This document shows positions 51,953 through 60,397 of a stretch of DNA of 64,000 nt, in pieces. Each line of letters starts with the position of its first letter. Position 1 is the first letter of the stretch. Below the pieces are notes generated by a model. That model was not told the DNA's origin. It ran no database searches and saw only the letters and a list, made by a program, of their open reading frames with translations. The DNA comes from a bacterium (GTDB lineage Bacteria > UBA10199 > 2-02-FULL-50-16 > JAJFLM01). The stretch lies in NCBI GenBank assembly GCA_965216315.1, contig CBDCFN010000016.1, forward strand, positions 832,001 through 896,000, read 5' to 3'. A program made the translations under genes and the position numbers.

Positions 51953-53260
51953 TTAGAAGGAGAGGTTCGTCTGTAGGTAACCCCACAGCGGAACTTTCGA
52001 GCCCACGTTGGATTTGATAAATCCAGCGGGGATGAAGGCGCCAGCCCCGAATTGAAAGGCCAAGATATCGAGCGGTTTATAACGAAGCGTAAGATCCGCT
52101 TCGACGCCCGCAAAACGCGAGCCCGAAGGCCCTGCGGCACCGATCGGAGTCACGCCGTTGAGCCGGAAGAGTCCCGCTGACGTCTTGGTCCGCATCATCA
52201 TGTGCGTATCCAACTTGACCAGCCATTTTTCGCCTGGTTTCGCTGAAAGGTGGAGAACACCGCCCATGATGTTCCGGCGCCCGAAAAGGTCGATAAAGCC
52301 GAGCCATTTGTGGGCCGTCGGAAAGAGTTGGTTGTAATTGAGTGAGGTGACAAAGAACTCCAGGCCGACCCGGAAGTTGTACCAGTCTTCCCAGGTGTAT
52401 CCGCCCTCGACATCAAATTGCCAGTCGCGTTGATTGGCTCCAGCCAGTTTGCCGAACTGCCCGGTTCCTTCAAAACGATAGTCCCAGTTGTTGGGTTTCG
52501 ATTTGATGCGGAGCCCCCCGGTCACGTAGTTGTGGGGTCGAGGCGATGCCGTCTGATCGAGGCGATATAAGGCATACAGATCTAAGGCTTGAAAGAAGCG
52601 TCCCAAATCCAACGATGAATAGACACCGCCGAAATGGGCGTCTCCGAAGGAGCCGGTTGCGACACCGCGGCCAAACCCTGCTTCGACGTCATTGAGCAAG
52701 GACCAAAATAAGTCGACCCAGCCACTGTCGTGTTTGAAGTTTAGTTTGAGGGCATCAAAACTGCGGCCGACGTTGCTCCAGCCGACGTTGCCGATGACAA
52801 GATGATCCCCATAGATGAGTTCTTGTCGTCCTAGTTTGAAAGTGAACCAGTCAGAGGGGCTATAAGCGAGCCAACCCTGGTGGACACCGAGTGCCGGATC
52901 GTTGAGGACCGTCCCGCTCGTTGCCGCCGCGCCGGTCGCATTGGCGGCCGAATTGACTGTCGACAAGCTTGCAGTTGTCTCTCCCCAGCCGGCGGTGAAT
53001 TGAGGCTGAAAGAAGAGGACAATTTGCTCATGGGGGATGAAAGTAATGTCCGGGCGAATTCTCGTTAGAACAAAATCTCGGCGATCGGATGCCGAGGTAA
53101 AATCCGTATTTTGGAAATGTTCGTAACGGAAGCGTGCTTGCCCGCCGAACTTAAGTTTACCGTCAAGTAGCTCAAATTTCTCAGCCTGTGCGGTCGCCGG
53201 AAAGATAAAACCGACCGAGCACAGTGCGACGAGGAAGAGCTTCCAATAGTGCTGTTTCAT
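51953..53260 (-). CDS. Alginate-export (AlgE-like) outer-membrane beta-barrel
   Basis: Signal peptide; RFRYE, KLGRQELIYGD..IGNVGWSNVGRSFDA, FPTAHKWLG; C-terminal Phe. Confidence 0.82.
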   Translation of the reverse strand: MKQHYWKLFLVALCSVGFIFPATAQAEKFELLDGKLKFGGQARFRYEHFQNTDFTSASDRRDFVLTRIRPDITFIPHEQIVLFFQPQFTAGWGETTASLSTVNSAANATGAAATSGTVLNDPALGVHQGWLAYSPSDWFTFKLGRQELIYGDHLVIGNVGWSNVGRSFDALKLNFKHDSGWVDLFWSLLNDVEAGFGRGVATGSFGDAHFGGVYSSLDLGRFFQALDLYALYRLDQTASPRPHNYVTGGLRIKSKPNNWDYRFEGTGQFGKLAGANQRDWQFDVEGGYTWEDWYNFRVGLEFFVTSLNYNQLFPTAHKWLGFIDLFGRRNIMGGVLHLSAKPGEKWLVKLDTHMMMRTKTSAGLFRLNGVTPIGAAGPSGSRFAGVEADLTLRYKPLDILAFQFGAGAFIPAGFIKSNVGSKVPLWGYLQTNLSF

Positions 53261-53316
53261 GGCAGAGCCTCCTTATGATTGTGGGCTTATACAATTCCAT
53301 ATAGCCAGACATGAAA

Positions 53317-53330
53317 ATGATGCTTATCAA
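53317..53330. promoter_or_regulatory. Fnr/Dnr-type box upstream of the porin
   Basis: ATGAT-GCTT-ATCAA, one mismatch from TTGAT-N4-ATCAA, about 57 nt upstream of the ATG. Confidence 0.55.
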
Positions 53331-53360
53331 GGCCCCATATGATCTTGAATAGGCCGATTA

Positions 53361-55103
53361 TCATAGGATTTTGCGTTTGAGGACGCGGCCAATGAGGCGG
53401 GCGCGATCACGCCAGGGAAACCGGAGGAAATTCGTCTTGATGACGCCACGTGAGAAATAAGTCGGTGCGGAGTAGTCGATACGTACATTCACCAGGACGG
53501 GTTTTCCCTGTTGACTGAGCCGTCTTGCGGCGGCGAGCCGATCAGCGATATCGCCGTCCGTTTCAATTTCGAGGTATTCGAGATGGAGTGCGGCACTGAA
53601 GGCCTTGAAATCGAGGCTGGGTAGACTGGTACAGGTCTCGCGATTCAGCGAAGCTTTTTGAAATTGGGCGATTTGCGATAATTTCCCATCATTGAGAACG
53701 CAGATGACGGGGCCGATTCCATAGGTGGCGGCGGTCAGCAGCTCAAGTCCCGTCATCAAGAAGGCGCCATCACCGGCGAGGGCGACGACGGGGCGATCGG
53801 GGCTGGCTAATTTTGCACCGATGGCGGCGGGCACACTGTAACCCATGCAGGAATAATCCGTTGGGGCCAGAAACGAGCGTGCTCGGGTTAAACGAAGCAG
53901 CTCCATGGCGAGAAATGTGCCGTTACCACTGTCAGCGACATAGAGACTCTCGGGGCCAAATTCTTTGTCCAGAGCGTCGAGTAATTTGACTGGAGACACG
54001 CGCCGATTGTGGCTGGTTGCCCCTGCTTGTTCGTTTTTAACCGCTTCATGGGCTGCGCGTAAGGTCTTTAATCGGTTTTCGTTGCGTGGTTTGGCTTTAA
54101 GTTCCGTAGTGGTGAGTAGGGACGATAATGCTTCCGTGGCTTCACTCGTCCATGTGACTTCGGCCGGATAGTTCTTGTTAAAGACCTCCGGGTTGATGTC
54201 GATATGAAGCAGTCGTGATGGTGGTTTGAAACCGTAGCTGGCGGTCGCTACCTCGCCAAAGCGACAACCAATAGCCAAGAGGCAATCAAAATTTTTCTCG
54301 AGCTGGCGGATTGGCGTTGGAGCGGCGGCTCCCATCGTATTCCAGGCCCAGCGTGGATGATCCTCGGGAAAAACACCTTTGGCGGAGATGGTCGTAAAAA
54401 CGATCGCGTCAAGGCGGTCCGCCAGTTCGATGAGTTGAACGCGAGCCTGCTGGGTTCCGATGCCGGCATAGATAGCGATAGATTGAGATTCGTTAAGAGC
54501 CTGAACGATGGCATGAAGGTTGTGTTCGGAAGGGCTTGTTTTATAGGTTTCGATTGTTGAATCTTCATCATATTGTAACGCTTGTTCGTCAATGCCACCG
54601 ATAAATAGGTAGAGATTGGCTGGGATTTCTATCATGACGGGTCCTGCTGGCGCCAAGCGCGCGAGTGTGCAGGCTTCGCGAATCAGCCGATATAATTCCT
54701 GATGGGTATGGGCTTTAAAGACTTTTTTGCAAACCGGTGTAGCGATAGCGCATTGGTCAACGTCATGAAGTTGAAAGGCTGCACCTGTATCTTCACGAAG
54801 GCCACAGGAGAGCACGAGCATGGGGGTTTGATCGAGAAAGGCCTCGGCGATGCCGGAGAGGGCATGCGTGAGGCCGGCTCCCGGTACCAAGTTGAGGGCG
54901 GCCAGTTCCCCTGACGCGCGAGCGACGCCGTCGGCCATAAAGGAGGCGCATTGTTCATCGGTGACGAGTATGGGTTGGAGCCGGTCCGATTCGATCATCG
55001 CATCATAAAGTTCGATGTTGTGAGTTCCCGGAATTCCAAAGGTGAAGCGAACTCCTGCGTCTTCCAAGGAGCGACAGACGATTCGGGCGCCGCTCATTTT
55101 CAT
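53361..55103 (-). CDS. Thiamine-diphosphate-dependent enzyme (acetolactate synthase-like family)
   Basis: FGIPGTHN, EQCASFMADG, GDGAFLMTG...LND ThDP motif. Confidence 0.88.
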   Translation of the reverse strand: MKMSGARIVCRSLEDAGVRFTFGIPGTHNIELYDAMIESDRLQPILVTDEQCASFMADGVARASGELAALNLVPGAGLTHALSGIAEAFLDQTPMLVLSCGLREDTGAAFQLHDVDQCAIATPVCKKVFKAHTHQELYRLIREACTLARLAPAGPVMIEIPANLYLFIGGIDEQALQYDEDSTIETYKTSPSEHNLHAIVQALNESQSIAIYAGIGTQQARVQLIELADRLDAIVFTTISAKGVFPEDHPRWAWNTMGAAAPTPIRQLEKNFDCLLAIGCRFGEVATASYGFKPPSRLLHIDINPEVFNKNYPAEVTWTSEATEALSSLLTTTELKAKPRNENRLKTLRAAHEAVKNEQAGATSHNRRVSPVKLLDALDKEFGPESLYVADSGNGTFLAMELLRLTRARSFLAPTDYSCMGYSVPAAIGAKLASPDRPVVALAGDGAFLMTGLELLTAATYGIGPVICVLNDGKLSQIAQFQKASLNRETCTSLPSLDFKAFSAALHLEYLEIETDGDIADRLAAARRLSQQGKPVLVNVRIDYSAPTYFSRGVIKTNFLRFPWRDRARLIGRVLKRKIL

Positions 55104-56605
55104 GTACAGCCTCCAAGGTCGCGACGGATTCCTTCGGCGACACGATCAGCCAACGCCATGACAGTCAGGTAGGGATTGACTTCGGCAGCGGCAGGAAAGA
55201 GGCTGGCATCCGCCACGTAGATATCGTTATGGCCGTGGAGCTTCCCCCAGGGATTGGTGACGGAGCTTTGTTTGTCTTCGCCCATGCGACATCCCCCCAT
55301 GAGATGGCCAGCAGAAATGGAAGCTTGCCCCAATTTGAATAGCTTGCTTTGAATGAGCTTGTCCACCTCATTGGCCTGGGTGGAGCGAATAAAGAATGGA
55401 TCCATCGCCGGGGTGTGGACCTCTTCGGCTCCCGCAGCAAACAAGATCCGGGCTCCGGCGCGGCAGCCTTGTGTGAGGGCCTCAATGGTTTTTTTGCTGA
55501 AGCGGTAGTTTACCTGGGGATTGCCGTTTTGATCAAAACCGATGTGGTTATGTTCCTCGGCTTCATCAATCGCGAGCAAGAGGATCATTTGGAGGCTGTC
55601 AAAGTGGTCCGTATATTCGTCGAGTTCATGACCATAGGCGGCAACGCTTTTGGCGAAGGTGAAAGGGAAGTACATGCAAGTTTCCAACAAGAAGCGGTTT
55701 GAGTCGACAAAGTCATCGCAATAATAGCTCTTGGGGTGGCCGGCCGTGTTTTTGATCGCACGCGGGTGGCGTCCAGCCAGCATAAGAGCCGGGTGACAAG
55801 TGAAGAAATGTCCCAGCGCCGGAGATAAGTCGGAGCCATAAGAGCGGTGCAGTATAGCGGGTGAATGAATGGCTCCCGCTGCAACGACAATTTTATGGGC
55901 GTGAATGCGATAAGCGCCGGGGGCTAACGGAGAGGCATCGAGTCCGTGTTCGGGCGGAACGACTTCGGCGATGACGTCGTGATCGTCGATTTTGCGAACG
56001 CGGCAGAAGGGAATGACCTCAACGCCTAGCTCTTCCGCGCGGGGAATCTGGACAACGGCTGTTCCCTGTTTCGCGTGGACGGCACACCCAAGATTGCAAG
56101 TTCCGAGTCCCTGACAGTCTCTGACATTAACCGGGAACTGTTGGGCGTTCCACTTGAGCTGTTCACAGCCTTTAACAAAGAGACGATTATTGTCGTTGAT
56201 TTCATCCGGCGGAAGTAAATGTACGTTGTTTTCTTCACGGTATTTTTGAGTCCGTGGTTCCATGTCCGCGTTGTCAACGCCGGGGATGTTCCATTTTCGA
56301 AGCACGGTGTCGGGGATGCCGAGACTTGTTCCCGTGTAGACAGTGGTTGAGCCGCCGACGGCATGTGCAAGTGCCATTGTCATGTCCTGGCTCGTCGTTG
56401 GATAGGCACCCTTGTGAAAATAATACTTTTCGGCCATTTCTAATTCACGACGTGTATTGTCTTGAGGGCGAAATCGTCCTCCCCATTCGAGCAAGGCGAT
56501 TCGGGTTCCCTGCTGACACAAAGGAGCGAGTTCCTTGGCGACAGTCCCGCCACCGGCTCCGGAGCCGATGATCACAATGTCGTATTGAAGGCTTTGTTCA
56601 GTCAT
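55100..56605 (-). CDS. GMC-family oxidoreductase
   Basis: GSGAGGG FAD motif, VGGSTT, CQGLGTCNLGC, HLMGGCRMG, VNPYLT. Confidence 0.88.
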   Translation of the reverse strand: MTEQSLQYDIVIIGSGAGGGTVAKELAPLCQQGTRIALLEWGGRFRPQDNTRRELEMAEKYYFHKGAYPTTSQDMTMALAHAVGGSTTVYTGTSLGIPDTVLRKWNIPGVDNADMEPRTQKYREENNVHLLPPDEINDNNRLFVKGCEQLKWNAQQFPVNVRDCQGLGTCNLGCAVHAKQGTAVVQIPRAEELGVEVIPFCRVRKIDDHDVIAEVVPPEHGLDASPLAPGAYRIHAHKIVVAAGAIHSPAILHRSYGSDLSPALGHFFTCHPALMLAGRHPRAIKNTAGHPKSYYCDDFVDSNRFLLETCMYFPFTFAKSVAAYGHELDEYTDHFDSLQMILLLAIDEAEEHNHIGFDQNGNPQVNYRFSKKTIEALTQGCRAGARILFAAGAEEVHTPAMDPFFIRSTQANEVDKLIQSKLFKLGQASISAGHLMGGCRMGEDKQSSVTNPWGKLHGHNDIYVADASLFPAAAEVNPYLTVMALADRVAEGIRRDLGGCT

Positions 56606-57000
56606 TTTATGGGAGGGATAAGATAATGAAGGTCCGCATAGACCGAACTCTGGCCATAAACCCCTAGCTTGGCGAGAGTGCTGAGCCCCCAGAACCCCTT
56701 GCGCATCAGACCGATTGGCGAATTGTAAAATTGATGGAGCAGGGCCTCCTGTCGTGCGGGATTAAGACCCTTAAAGAGGTGGCCGGTCATGCATAATGAC
56801 CAGATATCGACAATAGTGAAAAAAAGGCTTAGTTTTTTCAGTTGTTGTGGTGGCTGTGAACGGAGAATGCGGTTGATGAGCTCAAGTGATTGTTTTCGCT
56901 GAGCGGCGGTAAAGTGCCGAGCTCGCGGAACGAGGCAGGCCTGCAGTGCTTCAAAACGTCGGGCGCGCTTTCCCTGTAAAAAGGGAGGTTTTGTTGCCAC
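56602..57000 (-). CDS. Small partner of the GMC enzyme (gluconate 2-dehydrogenase subunit 3-like)
   Basis: 132 aa, ATGA-coupled to the GMC gene; resembles the N-terminal extension of the GMC at 61798. Confidence 0.55.
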   Translation of the reverse strand: MATKPPFLQGKRARRFEALQACLVPRARHFTAAQRKQSLELINRILRSQPPQQLKKLSLFFTIVDIWSLCMTGHLFKGLNPARQEALLHQFYNSPIGLMRKGFWGLSTLAKLGVYGQSSVYADLHYLIPPIK

Positions 57001-57031
57001 GCTCGGGCCTTAGCCTGCCGGTTGTTCCGTG

Positions 57032-57652
57032 TCAATTCGAATGATAGCGATAGTGGCCTGTTATCGGATAGGTGAAGAGGATATCTTCTATTTGCGGGCC
57101 TTTCCCAATGTTGTGGACGATCAGTGGACGTTTGCCATCCGCAGAGTAGCGGTCGATGACGAGACCAATATGAGGAAGGTTGCCGGGAATCGTCCAGGTG
57201 ACTAGGTCCCCCGGCCGGTACGTCTCAGGTTTTTGGTTTGCCAGCAATTTTTGCCCCTTGCGACTGAAGAAGACCTGGAGGTTGGGAACGCGACGATGAT
57301 CGATATTGGTATCCGGTTGTCGCAGTCCCCACTTCTTCGGATAGAGGGCAAAATGAGCTTTCATGTCTTGATGGACTTCTTTCTGCAGGTCAATGCCGAC
57401 AGCCCGGTAAGCGCGGACAATGACATCCGTACAGACCCCGATGTTGTCCGGGACATCGCCTCCCGGATAGGGGATTTTCCGGTAACTACCGTCATAGCGC
57501 ACCTGATGCTGGGTTCGTTCCGTTGCCGCGGTGATCAACTGACGCACGAAGTCGTTTGTCGGGGCAGCCGTCACTTGCGCCCCGATGGGGGCGGCCACCG
57601 CCATTATAAAGAGGAGAATCGTCGAGACCTGATTTTTTATGAGCCAACGCAT
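57032..57652 (-). CDS. DUF1287 (YijF-like) exported protein
   Basis: YPGGDVP..GVCTDVIVRAYR, DTNIDHRRVPNL, PHIG, HNIG. Confidence 0.88.
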   Translation of the reverse strand: MRWLIKNQVSTILLFIMAVAAPIGAQVTAAPTNDFVRQLITAATERTQHQVRYDGSYRKIPYPGGDVPDNIGVCTDVIVRAYRAVGIDLQKEVHQDMKAHFALYPKKWGLRQPDTNIDHRRVPNLQVFFSRKGQKLLANQKPETYRPGDLVTWTIPGNLPHIGLVIDRYSADGKRPLIVHNIGKGPQIEDILFTYPITGHYRYHSN

Positions 57653-57729
57653 GAGAGTTGTCAGATAACATATCGAAATATATTAATATTTCAATAATAT
57701 TTAGTAGTCATTATAATAGGAGGAAAGGG

Positions 57730-57755
57730 CAACTTTTGAGGGGGCAGACCGAAGA
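57730..57755 (+). promoter_or_regulatory. Putative alternative-sigma promoter, copy 6 (weaker -10)
   Basis: CAACT-N13-ACCGAAGA upstream of the HlyIII-family gene. Confidence 0.4.
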
Positions 57756-57819
57756 ATTGCGTAGGAAATGAGTATTTGACCGTTTGGGGTCGCAAGGGTA
57801 GAGAGAGTCTTCAGCTGAT

Positions 57820-58473
57820 ATGATTTCAAAGCTCAAAGAACCAGTGAATGGCCTGACTCACTTGGCAGGTCTTTTCTTGGCAATCGCGGGTTTCTGCCTC
57901 TTGCTGATCGCTGCGGCAGAATACGGGACGAAGTGGCATCTGATCGCATTTGCGGTCTTCGGGACGAGTCTTATCCTCATGTACACATCGAGTTCACTCT
58001 ATCATCTTCTGCCGCTCTCCGAGCGCGGGACGCGCATGCTCAAGCGGGTTGACCATATGATGATTTTTATTTTGATCGCAGGGACGTATACACCGATTTG
58101 CTTGGTTCCCTTGCGTGGCGTCTGGGGCTGGACGCTTTTCGGGGTCGTTTGGGGGATGGCTGTGCTCGGGTTTGTGATTAAGCTGTTTTGGATCCACGCC
58201 CCACGTTGGTTTTCAACCGCCATCTATTTGGCCATGGGGTGGGTTTGCGTCTTGGCAATTTATCCCATGGTTGAAAAGCTTCCCATCGGTGCGCTGGCAT
58301 GGCTTGCCGCGGGTGGGCTCATTTATAGTGTGGGGGCTATCATTTACGGAACAAAGTGGCCCGATCCTTTTCCGAAGGTCTTCGGCTTTCATGAGATTTG
58401 GCATTTATTTGTTCTCGGTGGCAGTTTTTGTCATTTTTGGCTGATGTACTCATACGTGACTTATATAGGATAA
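57820..58473 (+). CDS. Hemolysin III / PAQR-family membrane protein
   Basis: EPVNGLTH, SSLYH, DHMMIF..IAGTYTP, FHEIWHLFV. Confidence 0.92.
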   Translation: MISKLKEPVNGLTHLAGLFLAIAGFCLLLIAAAEYGTKWHLIAFAVFGTSLILMYTSSSLYHLLPLSERGTRMLKRVDHMMIFILIAGTYTPICLVPLRGVWGWTLFGVVWGMAVLGFVIKLFWIHAPRWFSTAIYLAMGWVCVLAIYPMVEKLPIGALAWLAAGGLIYSVGAIIYGTKWPDPFPKVFGFHEIWHLFVLGGSFCHFWLMYSYVTYIG

Positions 58474-58478
58474 CAATA

Positions 58479-59534
58479 ATGGCACAGGCACAGACGATAC
58501 CCGCAGATTTTCTTGAAATGAATGACTTGATGCAGGTCTTCTTGGAACGGGTGCAGGCCGATATGGCGGCATTGAGTGAAAGTTCCGCGGAGGCCTTCCA
58601 AGGGCTTAAGGAAAACGTGCTTAAGTCGTGGGAAAAACTTCCTACAGTGATCAATGATTATAAGCGGTCGATGCAAAACATGCCGTGGGAACTGCGACAA
58701 CGTCGTTTTATCAAGGGGCTTTCCAAAGATATTGAAGCCTTTGAGCAGGATGTCAGGCGTTATGTCGCTGAATTAAAGGAAGCAAAGCTAGCGGATGTCT
58801 ACCGCAAAGCTCTGTACTCGCGGACACGACGCCTGGCTGAACGCATTGCTGAGTTGGAAAATCACAACCTGTTTCAAAAGTTCTTAAAGGGCGAAGTGAT
58901 TCTGGCCAGTAAGAAATCCATTCAGTGGGGCCGCAAGTTTGCGCATGCGGCCTTGGGGATGGCGTTTCTCTATATTTTTATCTATTCGGGATTTCCGCAA
59001 ACAGTTATCTGGTCGATAGCGGGTGCTTATTTGATTTGGTCCTTTTCGCTGGAGACGGCACGTCACATGAACCCTCGGATCAATGAGTGGGTGTGTAAGG
59101 CCTTTCGACCGATAATGCGAGAACGCGAGAAGACGCGGGTTAACTCGGCCATCTTCTACAGTATCTCGATGGCGATTGTGTATTTCGGTTTTCCGACCGA
59201 AGTGACCGTGTTGACGATGCTGTTTATTGCATTGGGCGACCCCGCCGCGGGTATTGTCGGTATCTACTGGGGGCGGAAAAAACTGACGCAGCATTCAAGT
59301 CTCGAAGGCTCCTTGGCATGCTTTGCTGTTTGCGCCCTTTCGGCCGCTATCTGTGGGGCTTTTCTTTTTGAGGTGTCACTCGGCTTTTTTCCGCTCGTTC
59401 TTTTCGCCGGGCTCTGTGGGCTCGTTGGGGCGGTCGCGGAGACCTCCTTTAAAAAATTCGATGATAATCTTGTCATGCCGCTCCTATCGGCGCCGGCCCT
59501 CTGGGTGTTGATGCAGGTTTTCGGTATTATCTAG
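58479..59534 (+). CDS. Phytol/dolichol/diacylglycerol kinase-like (CTP-dependent) membrane protein with helical N-domain
   Basis: RKFAH, MRERE, GDPAAGIVG..WG, SLEGSLA, DDNLVMP. Start trimmed to ATG 58479. Confidence 0.8.
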   Translation: MAQAQTIPADFLEMNDLMQVFLERVQADMAALSESSAEAFQGLKENVLKSWEKLPTVINDYKRSMQNMPWELRQRRFIKGLSKDIEAFEQDVRRYVAELKEAKLADVYRKALYSRTRRLAERIAELENHNLFQKFLKGEVILASKKSIQWGRKFAHAALGMAFLYIFIYSGFPQTVIWSIAGAYLIWSFSLETARHMNPRINEWVCKAFRPIMREREKTRVNSAIFYSISMAIVYFGFPTEVTVLTMLFIALGDPAAGIVGIYWGRKKLTQHSSLEGSLACFAVCALSAAICGAFLFEVSLGFFPLVLFAGLCGLVGAVAETSFKKFDDNLVMPLLSAPALWVLMQVFGII

Positions 59535-59545
59535 CCGTAATCGAA

Positions 59546-60319
59546 CTAGGTATCGAGATGACGGAAGCGCGCCGCTCTTTTCTCAAGAAATGCGGCCATG
59601 CCTTCGCGTAATTCAGGACTGCCGTAGCAGGGATAGAGCGCATCAAGGCCTCGTTCCCAGAGTTCCCAGGGGATTGATTCTTCAAGCGCGCGTCGAGAGA
59701 GACGCAACGACTGGGGGCTCTTGTCGAGGATTTCCTGACAGACTTTGGCGACCTCAGTGTCGAGGGATTCCGGTGTTGTCACTCCATTAATTAAGCCCAT
59801 CGCGACTGCGTCTTCTGCCGTGTATTGGCGACACAGGTAAATGATCTCGCGTGCCCGTTTTTGGCCGACGACTTGCGGAAGGATCTGCGTCGCTCCCCAG
59901 AGCGGGACGCTGCCGACTTTCGGTCCGGTCTGGCCGAAACGAGCCGTCGTATCGGCATAAGTCAGATCACACATGAGATGGATCTCGTGGCCGCCACCGA
60001 GGCAATAACCACGGACTTTAGCGATGATCGGTTTATCAAGTTCTCTCATGGCGCGAGCAAAACGGCGGAGTACTTCAATAAAGGCCTGTCCCGATTGTTG
60101 ATCGAGATCCTTCATTTCGCTGATGTCGCCCCCGACGCAGAAGGCCTTGTCTCCCGCGGCAGTGAGAACAACGACGCCGAGGCTCGAGTCTTTGGCGATG
60201 TCTTCCAGTGCCTCGCTGGCTTCAACTAAGGTCTGAGTGCGAAAGGCATTCAGTTTGTCAGGGCGGTTCAAAGTTAGGGTGGCAATGCCGTTTTGTTTAT
60301 TGATGATGATATCGGTCAT
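59546..60319 (-). CDS. Crotonase-superfamily enzyme (MenB/BadI-like)
   Basis: AFCVGGD, GGGHEIHLMCDLT, FGQTGPKVGS. Start trimmed to ATG 60319. Confidence 0.8.
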   Translation of the reverse strand: MTDIIINKQNGIATLTLNRPDKLNAFRTQTLVEASEALEDIAKDSSLGVVVLTAAGDKAFCVGGDISEMKDLDQQSGQAFIEVLRRFARAMRELDKPIIAKVRGYCLGGGHEIHLMCDLTYADTTARFGQTGPKVGSVPLWGATQILPQVVGQKRAREIIYLCRQYTAEDAVAMGLINGVTTPESLDTEVAKVCQEILDKSPQSLRLSRRALEESIPWELWERGLDALYPCYGSPELREGMAAFLEKRAARFRHLDT

Positions 60320-60397
60320 GCTGGTAACAAACGATCTTGGCGTCAATATGTCAATGGTTGCCTTGTGGGGCGCATTCTGGCATCTTAAGTCCTATCC

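Noticed and set aside
51953..53260. Alginate biosynthesis locus
   Set aside because: No alg synthesis genes nearby; only the barrel family matches.
57820..58473. Hemolysin toxin
   Set aside because: HlyIII/PAQR proteins are widespread membrane proteins; the family name does not imply toxin activity.
53361..60319. Menaquinone operon (menD/menB)
   Set aside because: The ThDP enzyme lacks a MenD-type PGSR motif, the crotonase deviates from MenB, and no menF/C/E/A genes were seen.
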